From Candidatus Saccharimonadales bacterium (GTDB lineage: Bacteria; Patescibacteriota; Saccharimonadia; Saccharimonadales; 2-12-FULL-41-12): 64,000 nucleotides of DNA. A model generated the notes under the pieces. It saw only the letters and a program-made list of their open reading frames with translations. It was not told where the DNA came from and searched no databases. Numbering within the stretch: the stretch's first letter is position 1; every line of letters starts with the position of its first letter. The stretch covers positions 5,770-69,769 of the forward strand of contig JBFIJM010000002.1 of assembly GCA_041600715.1 (NCBI GenBank), given 5' to 3'. Shown here piece after piece: positions 29,798-38,815 of the stretch. The translations under genes were made by a program, and so were the position numbers.

Positions 29798-30211
29798 ATG
29801 GCTAAAATAGACAAGGTAAAGCTCAAGAAGGACATCCACCGAAAGTTCGGTAGTCTAGTCAATTTCAGCAAAATCACAGACACAAAATATAGTGACCTAC
29901 TACGGATATTAAACACATCAGAGTTTACTGGTGAGGAGATAACGGATGTCCATCGAAAATATATCGAGTTTGATATTGATGAGGGGATAGAGGGGTTTAT
30001 AGATGATAGTGACAGGGAGAGCGTAAGGATTTGTGTTGCTGTTCATTTCAAGAGCACCACAGCGTTCTGTGAGGAGCATCCTGAGTATGATGAGGTCTAC
30101 ATAAGTAATGTGGTCACAGGAAGGCTTAAAAGAGTTACAACAAAATACGGAGGACTAATTGATTTACTAAAACGAAAATACAACTATGACAAATTTGCTT
30201 TACAAGTATAG
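29798..30211 (+). CDS. hypothetical protein
   Basis: 137-aa ORF, first gene after the terminator. Confidence 0.6.
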   Translation: MAKIDKVKLKKDIHRKFGSLVNFSKITDTKYSDLLRILNTSEFTGEEITDVHRKYIEFDIDEGIEGFIDDSDRESVRICVAVHFKSTTAFCEEHPEYDEVYISNVVTGRLKRVTTKYGGLIDLLKRKYNYDKFALQV

Positions 30212-30782
30212 TAAGAGAACCCGAGGATGGAGAGTTAAATTCCTAATGGGAAAGGATGACAAACCTATTGAGGGGAAGGTTATGATAATCAATGGTATGG
30301 GAGCTGAGTATCTCATAGAGGTTGAGAAGGATACCCCGGAGGATATGGTTGGTCATCACCTAGAGGATCTTGTGACTAAGTTCTTAAAGGATGTGGAGGA
30401 GAAGGACATAATGTATGTGAGCAGAGAGACGTTAATGTTTATGGTGTTTGCCCAGGTTATAAGGGCTCAGTCCCAATGCTTTGTAAGCTACCTGACTAAG
30501 GATAAGAAGCATGACCTACAGATGTTCAACAACCACGTAGATAAGATGGTGAGGTCATTAGAGTCTAACTATACAGAACTGATAGGAGGAGATCAAATAG
30601 AAAAGTTCTCAGAGGTTATGGGAGATGTTGTGTTTGATGTGTTCTTGAAGTTTAAGGAGATGGCAGAGGTGGGTAAGCTAGATGAGTTTCGTAATTATGT
30701 GACAGCCTTTAACACCGAACCTTCGGTAGTGAAGATGAAGGCCACAAACGAGATGAAGCCTATTAAAGTCAAAAAGAAATGA
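30186..30782 (+). CDS. hypothetical protein
   Basis: 198-aa ORF overlapping the previous gene by 26 nt. Confidence 0.55.
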   Translation: MTNLLYKYSKRTRGWRVKFLMGKDDKPIEGKVMIINGMGAEYLIEVEKDTPEDMVGHHLEDLVTKFLKDVEEKDIMYVSRETLMFMVFAQVIRAQSQCFVSYLTKDKKHDLQMFNNHVDKMVRSLESNYTELIGGDQIEKFSEVMGDVVFDVFLKFKEMAEVGKLDEFRNYVTAFNTEPSVVKMKATNEMKPIKVKKK

Positions 30783-31162
30783 TAGAGGTTATAGTTCCTA
30801 TTTACTTTAAGTCAACCAAGAAGAAGACCGTAATGCTTGGGCTTAATTGGTACAGGAACGCTCACTACGCAGTACTTGATAAGGCTAAGAAATTTATCCT
30901 TTCGGTAGTAGAGGACTCTATTGAAGGAGATCCAATACTTGAGGGGAAGATACACGCCCACTATAAGATATACCTGAAAAGGAAAGGGTCAGACGGAGGA
31001 AATGTAAGGTCTGTCGCAGAGAAATTTGCTTTGGATGCTATACAGAAATCGGGATACATCGTAGATGACCATGCAGAAATAATTACTTCAGACTCTTCGG
31101 AGTACTTCTTTGATAAAGAGTTCCCTAGAGCTGAGATAACCTTAACTAGAAAAGATGGCTAA
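30779..31162 (+). CDS. RusA-like Holliday junction resolvase
   Basis: 127 aa. DGGNVRSVAEKFALDAIQKSGYIVDDHAEI resembles the RusA D-x-D-N...K...D-a-L...DD core. Confidence 0.5.
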   Translation: MIEVIVPIYFKSTKKKTVMLGLNWYRNAHYAVLDKAKKFILSVVEDSIEGDPILEGKIHAHYKIYLKRKGSDGGNVRSVAEKFALDAIQKSGYIVDDHAEIITSDSSEYFFDKEFPRAEITLTRKDG

Positions 31163-31511
31163 ACTATGTGATGCAGAGAGTTGCTATAATCCACGATGGG
31201 GGAAGGGATACTGTAAGAACCACCAACACCTCCGAACAGACAAGAAACAGAAAGTAATAAGCCCTCTGTCAGCGAAGAAAGCTGAGGAGCTGGCTATGTA
31301 TCGTCCTAGAAGGGATAAGTACCTGAAGGAGAATACTGTATGTGAGGTTAGGGAGTGTAGTAAGCCCTCAACCCATATCCATCATAAGAATGGGCGCATA
31401 GGTAAGATGCTGTACGATGTGAACTACTTTATGGCTGTGTGTAATGGGTGTCACCCTCAGAAGATTCATGAGAATCCGGAATGGGCCAGGGAGCAGGGAT
31501 ACCTAATCTAA
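31155..31511 (+). CDS. HNH / NinG-like nuclease
   Basis: 118 aa with CxxxxxxxxxxC-xxH at the N-terminus. THIHHKNGR...N...CNGCHPQKIH is an HNH-type zinc-finger motif. Confidence 0.55.
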   Translation: MAKLCDAESCYNPRWGKGYCKNHQHLRTDKKQKVISPLSAKKAEELAMYRPRRDKYLKENTVCEVRECSKPSTHIHHKNGRIGKMLYDVNYFMAVCNGCHPQKIHENPEWAREQGYLI

Positions 31512-31768
31512 GACTTTTTCTTTCTACCACCTTCACCTCTTCTACCCATATTGGTAGCTGCAAGAACCATAGCGTCTACTGCATGGTCATATTGAAGTCC
31601 TTTGGAGGCTGGGCTACATCCATTTTTTTTCTTGTAGGCAGCAACCTTAGCATTAGACTCAGACCTTTTCTTGATTTGCTCAGGGCGAGCGTTAATCTTC
31701 TTGTCCACCTTAGCCTTCTTGTCTCTGGCCTTTTTGTGTGTTCTGTAATATTCGGTTGATGCTCCCAT
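31508..31768 (-). CDS. small basic protein
   Basis: 86 aa, Lys/Arg-rich. Preferred over the hydrophobic mirror ORF 31481..31759(+). Convergent with the HNH gene. Confidence 0.5.
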   Translation of the reverse strand: MGASTEYYRTHKKARDKKAKVDKKINARPEQIKKRSESNAKVAAYKKKNGCSPASKGLQYDHAVDAMVLAATNMGRRGEGGRKKKS

Positions 31769-31782
31769 AAATCAAAGGTAAT

Positions 31783-31811
31783 AAAAAAAGGGGAGCGTTA
31801 TACGACTCCCC
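31783..31811 (-). terminator. intrinsic terminator for leftward transcripts (possibly bidirectional)
   Basis: GGGGAG (31790-95) pairs with CTCCCC (31806-11). On the minus strand the stem is followed by TTTTTTT. Confidence 0.6.
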
Positions 31812-31884
31812 TTAAAAATCAAAGGTTAATTATTTTGCGAAAAATAACTGTAAAACTTGATATAGAAAGAACGCTTATAACTGC

Positions 31885-32763
31885 TTAAATATACATAGAA
31901 TCTTCGAGCTCTTGCAAGTATTCCCTAGATAATATTGCAATTTTCTCCATCTTCTTATCAATCTCTGCATCGAAGTAGGTTATCTTCTCCACGATTCTTT
32001 CCTTTCCAGGTATCTCTACAAAGGATTGAAACATATCAATAGTCTTCTCATCGGAGTCGGCATTGACCACAACATCGTTCTCTACTAGCATCTCAAGGAA
32101 GTACTTCTCCTCATAGCAGTAGTACTTAATGATCTCTACCTTCCTCCAATCAGGGATAACCTCTCCACCCCACTTCCATAGCTCTCCATATAGGGTTCTT
32201 CCTATCTCCTTGGGTAGCATACTAAGGGCAATGGCTGAGGTAGTCCACTCCTTCTTGTTCCATAGTCTCATGTAGACTCTGTTCTGATACTCGTAGATGG
32301 TCTTCAGTGGCTCTTCAGGATCAGGCAAGGTGTCAAGAGACCAAGACACTTTGGTGTCATATCCTTCAACGATGTCACACTCCCCGGTGAAGTACTCGTC
32401 TTCTCTTCTCTCCTTGTTGTTGGTGAACACCGTATCATGGTGTAGGGATAGCCAATCTATCGCTTCCTCCTCCAGCTCTATACCTTTAGTCAGGTACTTG
32501 GAGTTAATCTCTCTACGCCTCTTAAACTTGACCTCTCTACGAAGTTTCCGTAGTATAGTCTTGGCTCCTGTAGATAGGGTTACTGAGTCTCTCTTGTTGA
32601 TAAGGTCTTCAAGGGTCTCTGCTTGCTTCTCTGTCAGCTTCTCCTTAGCTTGGAGTGTAGCTATCATCTCCTTCTGCTTGTCTGTAATATCTTTGGCTCC
32701 TGCCATTAGATCACCGAAACCTGATGCTCGGAATTTGTAGGTACTAAAGTCGTATTTTTCCAT
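31885..32763 (-). CDS. PD-(D/E)XK exonuclease (YqaJ/lambda-Exo-like)
   Basis: 292 aa. KGIELEEEAIDWL and TGECDIVEGYDTKVS fit the G..E..A and D...(D/E)xK motifs. Adjacent to a putative annealase. Confidence 0.5.
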   Translation of the reverse strand: MEKYDFSTYKFRASGFGDLMAGAKDITDKQKEMIATLQAKEKLTEKQAETLEDLINKRDSVTLSTGAKTILRKLRREVKFKRRREINSKYLTKGIELEEEAIDWLSLHHDTVFTNNKERREDEYFTGECDIVEGYDTKVSWSLDTLPDPEEPLKTIYEYQNRVYMRLWNKKEWTTSAIALSMLPKEIGRTLYGELWKWGGEVIPDWRKVEIIKYYCYEEKYFLEMLVENDVVVNADSDEKTIDMFQSFVEIPGKERIVEKITYFDAEIDKKMEKIAILSREYLQELEDSMYI

Positions 32764-32765
32764 AT

Positions 32766-33485
32766 CTATTTCTTTTTTTCTTTCATAGTTAATTCATAGT
32801 GTTTTTTAGAATATGCGTTATTAACTTCTCCATCAAGGAATCCAATGCAGTCATCTGAAATCTTCTGAAGCGAAGCCACTGTCTTCTTGGAGGCTATCAT
32901 CTTAAGTAGTCGTTGCTTCATGTGAGCCTTAGCCTTATCCTCTTCTGGAACCTCTTGCTTCTTCTCGAAGTGGTCTCTCATAATGTCAGCGTAGTCATCT
33001 GTCTCAGCTCTGAATATCTGTCCAATCTTCTTAGATGCGTTCAGGATAGCAAAAGACTCTGCTCCTGGGACATTTCGGTGGTTCCACTTAAAAGGCCCGG
33101 AGGCAGGAATCAAGGGTACTGAGGCTGTCCCTGAGTACGTCTCTCTAGTCTTCAGTATAGGATGAGTCACTACAATATTCACAAAGTAGATAAGCTGTCC
33201 CTCAATGTATAGAGGAGCGAATGGTTGCTCTATACCGTAAGAGTCGTAGATAGCTAGGAGCATTTGCTCTACTACCTGTAGGGGGATGTATTTATTACCG
33301 AACTGTTGGTTGGTCTTTATGAGTTTCGGTGGTGGCTGTTGGTTCAGGATCCGCTTAAAATCCAATAATTCATGCTCCTCTTGGTCTTTCTTTGACCGGT
33401 ATGCGTTTTTGTGTTTGGGTCTCTTCTGTGTGAGTCGAGACACCTCTGACACCACATCCTTGAATAGGTCTAATTGTTCATTCAT
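32766..33485 (-). CDS. putative single-strand annealing protein (Rad52/Sak-like)
   Basis: 239 aa. The call rests mainly on being directly upstream of the exonuclease, plus a weak NKYIPLQVVEQMLLAIYDSYG resemblance to Rad52-type N-terminal motifs. Confidence 0.35.
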   Translation of the reverse strand: MNEQLDLFKDVVSEVSRLTQKRPKHKNAYRSKKDQEEHELLDFKRILNQQPPPKLIKTNQQFGNKYIPLQVVEQMLLAIYDSYGIEQPFAPLYIEGQLIYFVNIVVTHPILKTRETYSGTASVPLIPASGPFKWNHRNVPGAESFAILNASKKIGQIFRAETDDYADIMRDHFEKKQEVPEEDKAKAHMKQRLLKMIASKKTVASLQKISDDCIGFLDGEVNNAYSKKHYELTMKEKKK

Positions 33486-33750
33486 ATTTTAGGTTTTAAA
33501 TAATCTCTCTGTCCGTTACCATTGGATAAAGCTCAACTGACATAAGGTAATTAATCCCCATTACAGTTTGTACAACTCTAAATGCGTAGAAGCAATCCCA
33601 TCCGATAAACAACAACCTTGGAAGGTTACATCATTTTACCGCCACCCTTATTAATTGCCTATGAAATCCTAAGACCATTACAATATTAGATTTTGGTGAT
33701 GCCGTTTATCTTCAAGCAGAGAGATTAAAATTATAATTTGAGTACGTAAT

Positions 33751-35340
33751 CTATTTACGCTCCTCTATTTCGGTGATAATACAGTTGCCCATAAGTATCA
33801 TACTAGCTACTGAGGAAGCATTATTTAATGCCGAAATCTCAACCTTAGCTGTATCTAGGATGCCACGTTCAATCATATCACAGTACTCTCTCTTGTTGAG
33901 GTCGTATCCTGACCCCTCTTCCCAATTAAGCACTCCATCAAGGATTACTTCACTAGGGAGCCCTGCGTTCTTCATTATCTGCTTTAATGGAGCATACAAG
34001 GCTTCTCTAACAATATCAATTCCTGATTGCTCACCTTTAGTCTTACCCTTCATCTTGTTCAACACCTTAGAGGCGTGAACTAGAGAGGAACCTCCCCCAG
34101 GAACAACCCCCATCTCAAGGGCAGATCGTGTAGCTGCAATAGCATCTTCAATTAAATCTTTCTTTTCTGCTACCTCACTTTCGGTAGCACCACCAACGTA
34201 GTACACTGCGATACCACCATCTATGTTGGCTAGTCTATTCTCTACCATCTCTTTAGCGTGAGGGTCTGACATCTCTTCAAGCATTAGCTTCACAGCCTTT
34301 ACTCTAGCGTTAATCAACTCCTTGTCTCCTCTACCACCGATAAAGGTTGTTGAGTGCCTGTTGATAACCACCTTATCAGCTTCTCCTAGCATCTCTAGGG
34401 TGCAGGACTCAAGATCAGTACCAACGGTCTCGCTGACCACTGTACCACCTGTAATTAGGGCTACATCTTCTAGCTCATCTCTCATGGAGCCTCCGTATCC
34501 TGGTGCATGAATACACGCCAAGGGAAGGTTAGCTTTGACCTTATTCTGAATGATAGTGGCAAGAGCCTCATTGTTAACGTCCTTAGCTATAATCAGTACT
34601 CCTCTTCCAGCTTTAGTTGCCTCTTCAAGGATATTGATTAGTGGAGCGATACCTGAGATTTGCTCATCATATAGTAGGATGTATGGGTTGGTTAGTACGC
34701 ACTCCATCTTCTCTGAGTTTGTAATGAAGTAGGGGGATAAGAATCCTCTATCAATCTTCATCCCTTCAACCACATCAATGTATGAGTCCATAGACTTGGA
34801 TTCGCTTACGGTTACTACACCATTCTCTTTTACCTTTTTGATGGCTCCTGCAATGTTCTTTCCTATCTCTGAGTTGTTGTTGGCTGAGATGGTGGCTACC
34901 TGCTCAATCATATTTGATTTTCGGTCTACCTTAACAGCCATTTTGTCGATAGCTTTGGTCACTTTAGCGACAGCAGCTTCAATACCTCTCTTGATGTCGG
35001 TACGGCTACTGCCTGACTCAATCATATTAACCCCCTTCTGAACAAGCTCTCTTGTTATCACACAATAGGTAGTTGTACCATCACCAGCTTCTTCTGCTGT
35101 CTTCTTGGCTCCTTCGATTAGTAGTTGAGCCCCTTGGTTCTCTTGAGCATCCTCTAGGATTACTCTACGTATTGAGTAGTACCCATCCTTAGTAACCTTT
35201 GGTGATCCATAGGGTTGTTGGATGATGGTATAGTTACCTTGTTGACCCATTGTCTCAGCTGCTACATTAGCTACTACCGAAACTCCGGATACAGATTTCT
35301 TTCTTGCTTCTGATTCAAATATTACCTTAGTCTTTATCAT
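33751..35340 (-). CDS. groL: chaperonin GroEL (Cpn60)
   Basis: 529 aa. PKVTKDG, ENQGAQLL and AGDGTTT match GroEL equatorial-domain signatures along the full length. There is no C-terminal GGM tail. Confidence 0.9.
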   Translation of the reverse strand: MIKTKVIFESEARKKSVSGVSVVANVAAETMGQQGNYTIIQQPYGSPKVTKDGYYSIRRVILEDAQENQGAQLLIEGAKKTAEEAGDGTTTYCVITRELVQKGVNMIESGSSRTDIKRGIEAAVAKVTKAIDKMAVKVDRKSNMIEQVATISANNNSEIGKNIAGAIKKVKENGVVTVSESKSMDSYIDVVEGMKIDRGFLSPYFITNSEKMECVLTNPYILLYDEQISGIAPLINILEEATKAGRGVLIIAKDVNNEALATIIQNKVKANLPLACIHAPGYGGSMRDELEDVALITGGTVVSETVGTDLESCTLEMLGEADKVVINRHSTTFIGGRGDKELINARVKAVKLMLEEMSDPHAKEMVENRLANIDGGIAVYYVGGATESEVAEKKDLIEDAIAATRSALEMGVVPGGGSSLVHASKVLNKMKGKTKGEQSGIDIVREALYAPLKQIMKNAGLPSEVILDGVLNWEEGSGYDLNKREYCDMIERGILDTAKVEISALNNASSVASMILMGNCIITEIEERK

Positions 35341-35597
35341 TTCTTTCTAATTACAGCCAATATGTTAGGCTCGTTAAACATTTTTAATCCACCAGGAAAA
35401 TCTGTCCCTGAGTGCTTACCATAAAATACTCTATCTCCTTCATCAAGGGTTGATGTTGGCCCAGAAGAAACCACAACCCCCTGCTGTGGCATCTCTTGGG
35501 CGGTCTTCGGTATTATAAGTCCTCCGGAGGTTTTGGTATCCTTATCATCAGGCTTTACCAATACCCTATCGCTTAATGGTTCAATTATTTCACTCAT
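35337..35597 (-). CDS. groS: co-chaperonin GroES (Cpn10)
   Basis: 86 aa. PLSDRVLVKP...SGGLIIP...QQGVVVSSGP...EGDRVFYGKHSGT...ILAVI is a canonical Cpn10 pattern. 4-nt overlap with groL. Confidence 0.85.
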   Translation of the reverse strand: MSEIIEPLSDRVLVKPDDKDTKTSGGLIIPKTAQEMPQQGVVVSSGPTSTLDEGDRVFYGKHSGTDFPGGLKMFNEPNILAVIRKK

Positions 35598-35968
35598 ACT
35601 GCTCGTTTTAACATTGTTTTATATTCCCTTATTGCTTTTGTAAGCTCAGGCACTCTTGATCTTGTTGATTTTATTTCGTCTAGGTGAATGACTCCTTTCT
35701 TGGTGATGATGTACTTTGTGTCCTTGTTGATTGGCATATAGTCATCCTCATCGTAGTGTGTTGTTGTTCTTTCGTGGAATGAGCAATCTCTTACACTTAC
35801 TACGTGTCTAGCCCTCATGTAGTCAAGTAGCTCAAAGTAATCCTTGTTCCCTATTTGTAGGGTTGCCATAACGGTGGGCTTATTGTATTTCCTGTATAAG
35901 GTTTCAAACATGAAAACCTTTTCATTCCACTCTTTCTCTTTGAATCCTATTGGTGCTGTCTGCTTCAT
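35594..35968 (-). CDS. hypothetical protein
   Basis: 124-aa ORF with a 4-nt overlap to groS. Confidence 0.6.
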   Translation of the reverse strand: MKQTAPIGFKEKEWNEKVFMFETLYRKYNKPTVMATLQIGNKDYFELLDYMRARHVVSVRDCSFHERTTTHYDEDDYMPINKDTKYIITKKGVIHLDEIKSTRSRVPELTKAIREYKTMLKRAV

Positions 35969-35980
35969 ATCTTAGGTTTT

Positions 35981-36023
35981 AAAAAGCAGTGGGGAGAGGG
36001 TCAACTCGATTATTCCCCACTGC
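35981..36023 (-). terminator. intrinsic terminator downstream of the SSB gene
   Basis: Perfect 10-bp stem: GCAGTGGGGA (35986-95) pairs with TCCCCACTGC (36014-23). It is followed on the minus strand by TTTTT. Confidence 0.65.
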
Positions 36024-36030
36024 TCATTGA

Positions 36031-36741
36031 TTAAAAGGGTAGGTCATCCATCCCGTTTGTTTCAGGAGCTTTTTTTGCAGCTTGCTCTTCAGCGTACTGC
36101 TGCTCCATAGCTAGGATGTCCTCTTCTGAGGATGGTGTTGGGGTTTCTATGGCTCCAATACCTTTAGCCCATTGCTCAAAGTGTTTTGCAAGGAAGTTGG
36201 TTTGCTTGTCGCTGTTCCATTTCTTCTTACCTGCTACCTCAGTAACTTCCCATTCAGGCATACTACCTGGGTTGTCTTTGGTCCATTTGTAAGGAACCTT
36301 GTCTCCATCCCATCCCTTGTTCTTTTGGTATATGGTAACTCCTGTTTGTTTCTTTCCGTCACTTTCAAAGCTGTATGGTCTGATTGTCACCTCAAGTTCA
36401 GGATCAATGTTCGGTGTTCTAAGCATTACTGAACGACCATAGCTAGACTCTAATGGTATCTGCACAGTAAAGGCTTCATCTCCATCTACGAGTTCTAGTA
36501 CTAATTTACTACCGAAATCCCCTGATGTGTCAATAGAGGCTTCTCTTATGAACCCATCTACAGACTCGTAGTATCTTTCGATAACGGTCTTGACTAGGTT
36601 TCCTTGTTTGTCTTTGATTTCTCTTGCGATTGTTACTTGTTGTCCACCTACTTCGTGGTGTTCCTTGTAACGTCTTGCTAGTTGCCCACCTACGATATTG
36701 AGGTAAGTCTTTGATGTGTGGTTTGAGTCATTTAGTCCCAT
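36031..36741 (-). CDS. single-stranded DNA-binding protein (T7 gp2.5-like size and tail)
   Basis: 236 aa, ending in the acidic/aromatic tail ...ETNGMDDLPF. Has its own upstream gap and terminator, and sits beside the helicase. Confidence 0.6.
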   Translation of the reverse strand: MGLNDSNHTSKTYLNIVGGQLARRYKEHHEVGGQQVTIAREIKDKQGNLVKTVIERYYESVDGFIREASIDTSGDFGSKLVLELVDGDEAFTVQIPLESSYGRSVMLRTPNIDPELEVTIRPYSFESDGKKQTGVTIYQKNKGWDGDKVPYKWTKDNPGSMPEWEVTEVAGKKKWNSDKQTNFLAKHFEQWAKGIGAIETPTPSSEEDILAMEQQYAEEQAAKKAPETNGMDDLPF

Positions 36742-36789
36742 GTTGTTTTTGGTTTTAGTTGTTTATAATAATTGTTGTTTTTAACGAGG

Positions 36790-36797
36790 TCAAATAT
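36790..36797 (-). promoter_or_regulatory. candidate -7 box TATATTTG for the SSB gene
   Basis: The plus strand reads CAAATATA in the 87-nt gap, 49 nt upstream of the ATG at 36741. Confidence 0.3.
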
Positions 36798-36828
36798 ATT
36801 AAATAATTTTTAATATTCTATTCTTTGT

Positions 36829-37059
36829 TCAGGAATTTATTTGTCTTAGTTTCTCTACCTCTTTCCTGAGATCCCTGTTCTCTGATGATACCCTTGTGTA
36901 GGCATTTTCCAGGTTCCTAAGTACATTCTTGGAGTGATTGAAGGCATCCATCTTCTTAAGGAGCCTATTGTCATCTGTTTGTGAAAACTCATACTTAATC
37001 AGCTCAAGCTGTGAATACAGGAAGAGGTGTGCTTTGTTTATTTCTAGTAGTATATCCAT
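36829..37059 (-). CDS. hypothetical coiled-coil protein
   Basis: 76-aa ORF ending 2 nt from the helicase gene. Confidence 0.55.
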   Translation of the reverse strand: MDILLEINKAHLFLYSQLELIKYEFSQTDDNRLLKKMDAFNHSKNVLRNLENAYTRVSSENRDLRKEVEKLRQINS

Positions 37060-37061
37060 AG

Positions 37062-38006
37062 TTAGTAGGGTAAATCGTCTTTGTCTGAGTATAAATCATC
37101 AACCTCAGCATCAAAGTCATTGTTCAATTCTAGGGGAGGTAGCTCTAAATCGTTTTTAACGGTGTTATTAAGAGGGTTCTCCCCATTTATGGTAAATCCT
37201 AGCCCGGAGTTAAAATCGAGCATTACAGGGCTGTTTATGTCGCTTACAGAGCCTCCTGTCTCTGTGTCTTTCACCTTCCTCGAAAAAAGTAGCGTTTTAT
37301 ATTGCATCAGAGGATGTCCTACGAGCCTATGTATTGTCCAAAATCCATCACAACGGTTCCCGAAAGGTTGTCCACCTTCGCTACTACTCTTGGACGGGGG
37401 GAAGGGGTATCCCTCGAACTCATGTCCTGCTGGGTACGTCCTCCTGGCTGACTCACTGACTACGTGGGTGTTTACGTACAGGCTCTTCTTCGTCCTGTTG
37501 CAGAAGTCTCTTGATTCGTTTAGGAAGTCGTAGTTGGCAGCGTGTGTGTACTCTCTATTCATTCCGGTATACGGATCAACAAGGCATCCGTTGTAGTCTC
37601 CATCTTCAAATATCTTGAATAGTTCTGTTGATTTGTAGAAGTCGTTCTTTACGAATGTGAACCATCCCTCTATCATTAGCTCATACCTGAACACCTCTCC
37701 AAGGGTCAGTTCGTTTAGTCTCTTGCCTGTCATCCACTGAATCATCTGTCTGACGAGCTGCCCAGGTTGGTTCTCTCCTGAGTAGATGATCCATTTCAGG
37801 TTGTGCTTGTACGATAGGCAGAGGTAGTACCAGAGAACTGTAACAGTCTTCCCAACATTGTCAAGCCCATTGATGATGGTTAGTTCTGACTGCTTGAAGC
37901 GTATAGCGTTATCAATTTCGGAGATACCTATCCCTTTTCCCATGGAGATTTTACCTTCGTGATATTCCTGTAGGTATTTCGATACCTCTTCTTTGTTCAC
38001 TATCAT
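37062..38006 (-). CDS. RecA/DnaB-fold replicative helicase-like ATPase
   Basis: 314 aa. Walker A-like INGLDNVGKTV, DnaB C-terminal-domain-like layout, and an acidic C-terminal tail ...DDLYSDKDDLPY. Confidence 0.6.
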   Translation of the reverse strand: MIVNKEEVSKYLQEYHEGKISMGKGIGISEIDNAIRFKQSELTIINGLDNVGKTVTVLWYYLCLSYKHNLKWIIYSGENQPGQLVRQMIQWMTGKRLNELTLGEVFRYELMIEGWFTFVKNDFYKSTELFKIFEDGDYNGCLVDPYTGMNREYTHAANYDFLNESRDFCNRTKKSLYVNTHVVSESARRTYPAGHEFEGYPFPPSKSSSEGGQPFGNRCDGFWTIHRLVGHPLMQYKTLLFSRKVKDTETGGSVSDINSPVMLDFNSGLGFTINGENPLNNTVKNDLELPPLELNNDFDAEVDDLYSDKDDLPY

Positions 38007-38662
38007 GATTTTCCAGAGAGTTTTTCAGCTAAGGTCAGTTCCCTTTTGCCTTCCATGTTTAAATATTTATTGAAGTTGTCCACCCGGAGCACATGGCTCG
38101 GTAGCTGTTGATTGTTTTCTTTAGGCCAAGGACTGTCGAGCATATTGTTGATAGCTAATATGAAATCTTCTCGCTCGTAGCTTTTGCGTAATTGCTTGAG
38201 ATTGTTTCTATCAGTTTTTGATAGGGTCTTAATTGCCGACCGACCGCCCCTCGCTTTTTTTAGTTCGTTAAATAAATTTAGAAAATTAGTTTCTAAGCTA
38301 TTAGTGTATTCTACTTTCCCTTTCCCTTTCCCTTCTACTTGTAGGCTAGGGGTATCAGACCCCCCTTGCCTACCCCCTTGCCTACCCCCTTCGGTAGGGG
38401 GTGTACAAGCCTGAGTATCAGATAGTTTGTTTCCTGTCTTATCTTCATAACCTTTAACTTGCGTGTCAATACTATGTTGCTGACTTATCCAAGCGAACTT
38501 AGCCATACCTTTTAGGTTATCTGGGTCAATTCCTAAGAATTGTTTATTCAGTAGAGCGTCTAAAAAAGCTAGTCGATCCTTATCGTTTTCTAGCTCATTA
38601 TAGACATCCCAATAACTCCTAAAGAAGTTGAAGCCCTTACGTTTGGTATTTTTCATAGACAT
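38003..38662 (-). CDS. replisome-organiser-like protein
   Basis: 219 aa. The N-terminus FNFFRSYWDVYNEL..DRLAFLDALL resembles phage replisome organiser N-terminal domains. Has a GGRQGGRQGG linker and a 4-nt overlap with the helicase. Confidence 0.4.
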   Translation of the reverse strand: MSMKNTKRKGFNFFRSYWDVYNELENDKDRLAFLDALLNKQFLGIDPDNLKGMAKFAWISQQHSIDTQVKGYEDKTGNKLSDTQACTPPTEGGRQGGRQGGSDTPSLQVEGKGKGKVEYTNSLETNFLNLFNELKKARGGRSAIKTLSKTDRNNLKQLRKSYEREDFILAINNMLDSPWPKENNQQLPSHVLRVDNFNKYLNMEGKRELTLAEKLSGKS

Positions 38663-38815
38663 AACTTATGCACGTTATAAGCGTCCATAGCGAGGGTGTT
38701 CGTGCAACACAACCAATAAAGGAGTATCCACCCTCTCTAGGACTTATATTTAAAAACTGATTTCTGATTTCATATTGATTATGTTACACGATACCACAAA
38801 CATACAAAATTAATT

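Noticed and set aside
31481-31759. 92-aa plus-strand ORF overlapping the minus-strand gene 31508..31768.
   Set aside because: It is the hydrophobic Leu/Ser/Phe-rich mirror of a Lys/Arg-rich minus-strand ORF that has its own start context and terminator. The call is not certain.
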